Shown here: piece by piece, positions 58,420-64,000 of the stretch
How positions within the stretch are numbered: position 1 is the first letter of the stretch
Layout of the letters: each line of letters opens with the position of its first letter
From: Tubiluchus corallicola
Taxonomy: Eukaryota; Animalia; Priapulida
Length of the DNA: 64,000 nt
NCBI GenBank assembly: GCA_030141605.1
Contig: JAQGDQ010000010.1
Location: forward strand, 744,001 to 808,000
Direction: 5' to 3'
Program-made: the position numbers and the translations under genes
The notes under the pieces: model-generated
What the model saw: only the letters and a program-made list of their open reading frames with translations
Told to the model about the DNA's origin: nothing
Database searches by the model: none

Positions 58420-58700
58420 TTTATTCTGTTGTGTTCTGTTCTGCTATGTTATGTTATGTTATGTTACGTTACGTTACGTTACGTTACGTTATGTTATGTT
58501 ATGTCATGCCTGTCACGTCATGTCATTTCATGTCATGTCACGTCACGTCACGTTATTTTATGTTATGTTGTGTTACGTCGTGTTGTTGCGTTACGTTACG
58601 TTCCCTTACGTTATGTTGCGTTATTTTTGTTCTGCTCCATTCTGCTCCGTTTCATTCATTCCGTATTGTTTAATTCAGTTCAATTCCATTCCATTCCATA
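58420..58700. repeat. Compound pentanucleotide microsatellite (GTTAT/GTTAC/GTCAT/GTCAC/ATTCC)
   Basis: 5-bp period with drifting units, like the 52.6-kb array but G/T-rich on this strand. Confidence 0.9.
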
Positions 58701-61492
58701 CTATTCTTTTCTATAGGCCTGGAATGTATATTATCCTGCTTTAGTTAACCTATACCTACATGCCTATATCGGCACAGTCTATGCTATCACTCATATTGGT
58801 GATTGTCTAACCCTTACGGAAAACTGCATTGGACAGCGTTACATTTCCTCATTAACTAGTCTGCATTCCCTGCAGATGCTGCACTAATGAAAATTAGGGT
58901 TTTCACTCGCAGCTATGGATCATGGTGATTAGGTGTAGAGATTTCATCAAGACGGCAACTAATTACAATGACTAGACACATTAGCTTCGCCATGACGCAG
59001 AATTGATAGAATTTCATGACTATTTCAGGTTGCCGTGCCAATAAAATATTGAGTAAGGAAATGACGATTATCAAAAGTTATTTGAGTGCTGACAGTGGTT
59101 ATTTATTTGCTGCCAGGTGTGGTTTGTTTACGTGTAAAGAGTATACTGACAGAAACAGAAATTGGCAATAATTGTTATATTAGCCTAAAGTAGCAATGAT
59201 ATATGTAATTAACGTGCAGTGTCACGTGACCTCCTCGTTGTTCTGGTCATCATTTTCTCTCTTTCAACTCGTTACTTATCTATGCAGTAGTCTTTTAGTT
59301 CACGCCAATCTTCAGTAAAAACAATGAGAACGCAATGAGTTGTCATCTACTGTTTTTATTGTGCAGTGCATAAAGTAACACAAACTAGTAAACAAAAATT
59401 GTATGCACGTATTTATGCTGTGGGTTTTGCGCCATATCATCGTCTCCTCCCTCTCACCTTCCCTCGTTCTCTCTTTATCTCTATCCTATCATCTTTCGCT
59501 CTTTCTCGTCCCTTTCCTCTATTCCTCTACTCTCTCACTCCCTTTCTCCACCCATTTTGTGTTTGAAAATAATGGCGAGCAATGATCCAAGCTTTGAATC
59601 TATTTTTCTTTATGCATCTTATTACTGTATCCACCCAGAAGAATGCATCATTATTTCTCCGCCCAAATTTAATTTTTATTTTGAAACTTTAATGAGGATA
59701 TGAGGCACGATAAAATCGCAGACAAATTACAGTTTTTATTACGAACGCCTAATCTATTATTATCGATTTTTTTGTAGAGTCTCTTGGGGGTATGAGATTT
59801 TGAAAGCATGTTATTAACTCGGCAGTATTAGCTGTATCATTTTGCCTAGTCATTTAGTCAATAATTTAATTTATTTAAAAACTGTGGTCTTTTTTCCTTT
59901 CGTACTTTTTCTTGTTGTTCTGAGAATATGAGTATTAACAGTATTATACTCTAAACTTGTGTTATCATCTTTGTTTGATTTATAGTCGAATATTAGTTAC
60001 ATTTGTAAAAAACGAAAAAACTTTGCTTATATGATATGATAAAATATTTCAAAAGGTGTGTCGAGATGCTTTATTGTATCTAATTCTATAAATGAATATA
60101 TATATAGTTTTTAGGTACATTTATAGCTATATAAGTGTAGATCTGTAAAGAATTTTGCTCAGGTTTATGTTAATATTAACTTTTTGTGTGTTACATATTC
60201 CCAGAATTGTCAGCGAAATTTTAAAAACTTGTATATAACCATCACCACCACCACCACCACCACCAAGAACAATAACAACAACAACAATAATAGTAATAAG
60301 GATAATAATAACGTAATTATAACATAATGGTACATTTGAAGAGAGTCAGAAATCATTACTGTAAAAATTGATGACATATTGTCTCCCAGCCCCTTGACAT
60401 AAAGTAATAGATTTGCACTACTGAAACAACCACATTTTTTGTTTCTTCATGATGTAAGAAACTGTTTTAGATACTAGTGACAACTGCGCAGCCTCGGTAT
60501 AGGCTACACGATGACTATAAGCTAGATGATGCCAATCAGCAGGCCACATTAAAACTAAACCTACTAATTAAATATTGATAAAATTGTGGTAGAAACCCAT
60601 TAACATTTGTTAATTCACGCCAATCTGGCAAATGGGTAAAGGTTCTTAATCATATAAAGGGTACCCGTATTTATGGCACGCATTGTTGTACTGAAATGAT
60701 ATGCGCATTTTCACCTTAATTGCACAATTTTTTGCAATTATTGTCTGATATGAATCATTGTAAATGGGCCTGTATTAATTCTGCAAGTATAATCAGTATG
60801 GAACACGGGAAATACCCCCTCCTAAACAAGCCGTATTTCTATCTTCGAGAAACCAAAGTAGTTGATATTCATTCGTAGCGTTGCATAATCAGTGGCAAAC
60901 GTTGTTATAAAATTATTTCTCGTATTAAAATGGGATCTACGAGCAGAAGCTGTTATGCAGCTCCATCTATATGTGGAAAAATGAGAATATGGTTTAATAA
61001 ACTATTTTCTGCTGGGATAAGGTATTATTATTCGCAAGCCGCTTTTTCTCTCTTGAGCCTTCGGGTAATGACGTGGTAAAGTGAATAGCTGCCTTAATGT
61101 CCGTGTCATCAATAGCATTATCCACCAGAATCTCTAAATCAATGTCGCGCCATTATAGTCAACAGGACAGATGCGAGAGACATTGGACGACATTGGATTT
61201 CTATTCGCCTGAAGCCTGTAACAGGCTTAAAAGACCAAACCTAATGCAGTATTTTATGTGCTCAGACTGCTGATGGCTGTAAAACATGGCAAATGTTCCA
61301 ACTACACTGCCAAAATTTTGGATATTTCTACTCCGAATTAACCGTTTAATGACAATATCCATTTCCTGTGGGTTAAAAAGTGTTATCGGCCTATCGTGAG
61401 CATATTGTTGAACAATTATCAAGCAAAAGGTTTGTCTGGGTTTAAAGTTGTTATTAGCAGTAGTCGTTGAATAATAACATGTTTCAGTTAAA

Positions 61493-61930
61493 GTAAGTAA
61501 GTAGCATCTTTATTTGCCGTAATAATATTGAGAATCATAACAAGATATTAAAATAGTCAATCAGTGAAAGTTAAAAAAGACATACTGTTGGAGACAAATG
61601 TGTCAGTGCAAAATCTAAACAACACGTGCAAAAATGAAATGTAGCATTGAACTTAAACTTTATATATTTTACATACTTATAAACTGACTATCAGCAAAAT
61701 TAATTCGTTTAATATGGCCTGGGGTAAAGGAATTTTGCATTAGTGTGTAAGTTGTTATGTTGGTAAGTTGGATATTCAAATCTTAACATTACTAATGCTA
61801 ATGCTTTTAATTTGGCTTTGAGTGCTGTTAGTGATTTCGATCGTAGGGAACGTTGGCCATCAAACGTAGCATTTGTCGCCACTTTTATGCATGAGTTTTT
61901 TGTACTTTTATGCTTTGTGATGATCACTTT
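61493..61930 (-). mobile_element. LINE (L2/Crack-like) 3' end remnant
   Basis: Minus-strand GQRSLRSKSLTALKAKLK resembles an ORF2 C-terminus. The 3' UTR ends GATTCTCAATATTATTACGGCAAATAAAGATGCTAC(TTAC)n. Confidence 0.55.
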
Positions 61931-62928
61931 AATTAGAAAAATGCATTTTAATTGTTAAATTATGTTGACGATTAGTTTAGTGACAATGATGACAACAACA
62001 GCAACAGTATGCATTTAATGTATGAAAAAGAACAAAATTACAACTTCAAATTAAAATCTTTTTTATTTCTTTGAGATTGCTGTGTGAAATCAATGAATAA
62101 CGGAAAAAACAGCATTGCCTGCCGCTGACATTTTAGTTGTTGCTATTACCATTGGCACCATTGTTATTGCAGTTGCAGGCATGCACTTGCCATTGCAGTT
62201 CGTGGTCTTGCAATGGTTCGATAATCATTGCAATTGCTGGCATTGTTATTGCAGTTAGTTAATTGCCATTACCGCTACCGCCATTGCTGTTACCACCATT
62301 ATCATTGCAGCTGCCAGCACTGCTATTTCCACTGTCATTGTAGTTACTTGTCACTGCTGTTGCTACGGCCGCCGTTGTCGTTGTCACTGTCGTGCCAATA
62401 TTGTTACTGCAGTTGCTGCCGTTGCCGTTGACGCCATTGTTATTACAGTTGCCGGCATTGCTATAATAGTTGCTGCCACAGTCGTTGAAACCTTAGGTGC
62501 TCTTGGTGTTGCTGCCACTAGTGTGCCGTTCGTTTTGTTCACTATATACATGTGCACACATGTTTGTGTACGTGTGAGGGTGCGCACATGTAAGTGCATG
62601 CAACACATTTCATGCTGAATTTTACTAATTTGTGTATAATTCTACATTGCACACCAGTTAGTGTACATCATGAGTGAAGCCAATTTTAGGCCTATGGCTA
62701 CATATAATGCCCAAGGTTCCCTTAATGGCACAACTAAATATAATGAGAAATTTCAACTAATTAAAATTTGTCTATTTAAAAGATTGCATACTATAATAAC
62801 TAAGAGATGTATTGACATTTCTCACATGCTACTCTAAAAATGACTGATGCATGTCTTACGATTTTTATAAAATTTTAGATAGCCACTAACATTTCGGAAA
62901 CTTTAGGAATTCCAGCTTATTTGATATT

Positions 62929-62993
62929 GACTGACAGACTGACTGACTGACTGACTGACTGACTGACTGACTGACTGACTGACTGACTGACTG
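62929..62993. repeat. (GACT)n microsatellite
   Basis: Directly visible in the sequence. Confidence 0.95.
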
Positions 62994-64000
62994 GCTAGCT
63001 GGTTAACAGTCTGCTCGACTAAATTACTGGCTGGCTGATTCAGTAATAAGTAGACTTCAGTGCTAGGGAATAGTCTCTCAGTCTCTCAGTGTACGCAAAT
63101 GGTAGATTAATCAGGCTTGTTGCCTAGAACTATGCACTCTATATTCAAGATTCCATTTGTCGCCTTTAATTTAATTTATTGTAGTTCCTCACTCCTACAT
63201 TACGTTATTGACTCCAGCTTTATCTGCAGCACTGAAGCAGCCATGAATTTCAAACAGTTTTTACCCTTTGTTAAAGCGTAGAATATTTTCAGTTCTGTTC
63301 TGTTTACGCACACAAAGAGATTAAGCAATTGCTCTAATCCTCCTGAAAGTCACTTTTACAAAATGTTGTCGACAGAAACCTTTTAGGCATTTGCATTTTT
63401 CCATCTGAAGTCTAGTCTGGCTTAGGCGCCGTTTGTTTTACTTGATGCTGGTAGCCATTTTAAAATTAAAGTTGCAGCAAGGAGTACTTTAGTTTGATCG
63501 GTTATTGACAAAATGTGCGTTTGTTTTCGAAGAAACTTTGTAAAACGCAGCAATGATGCTTACTTTTTTATAAACCCACTTATTCATAATCCCAATATTA
63601 GCTTGATTTTGCCAGTACACGAAACTGTTCAGTGTGTAGGCTTTTGGCACAGAGAAATAAGGCTCCCAATGCTTTGCCCCTCCATAAAGAACGATTTTTT
63701 TCTATTTCCTACTAGTCTTCATTGAAATCTAATCTTTTGGTCACTTGCCCGTATTGACAACTTATGTTTGAAATTATGCTAAATTTCACCAAAAATCACC
63801 AAATTAGCTTGAATTATTATTTGTTAGTCCGCCGGAAGATAATTTTCCAAATAAGAACGCCCTTAGGGTCTTCATCATCAATATATGTGTTTGTTTGCAT
63901 TTAAAAAAATAAGCCGAATCTATAAAACGTGTGGTTGTGATTTAATATAAATTAGTGTTTTCGTGGTGCACCTTTTCACTTAAGAATAAGCACACCAATA

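Noticed and set aside
61201-61422. 73-aa ORF with QYAHD (YADD-like) motif
   Set aside because: Possibly a very decayed reverse transcriptase fragment, but too degenerate to call.

Overview
AT-rich, intron- and repeat-rich animal genomic DNA (invertebrate-like; a tunicate is plausible but cannot be shown from this window). The left third holds two head-to-tail minus-strand genes reconstructed exon by exon with consistent splice phases: RAD18 (RING-UBZ-SAP E3 ligase, about 901 aa, with a long acidic/Ser-rich tail carrying SPxF and SDTD motifs) and NF-YB (243 aa, with a U12-type GT-AG intron inside the histone fold). The right 60% appears to be the 5' part of an unidentified plus-strand gene: a 13-nt coding first exon at 31138, a 60-nt exon at 46716 and very long introns. 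That region has five perfect ATGACGTCA (CRE) sites. It is also rich in hAT/Buster, Tc1-like and foldback-like elements, SINE and LINE remnants, and compound microsatellites. No prokaryotic features, CRISPR array, rRNA or intact tRNA were found. I found no convincing novel multi-gene system; the strongest leads are listed as findings.
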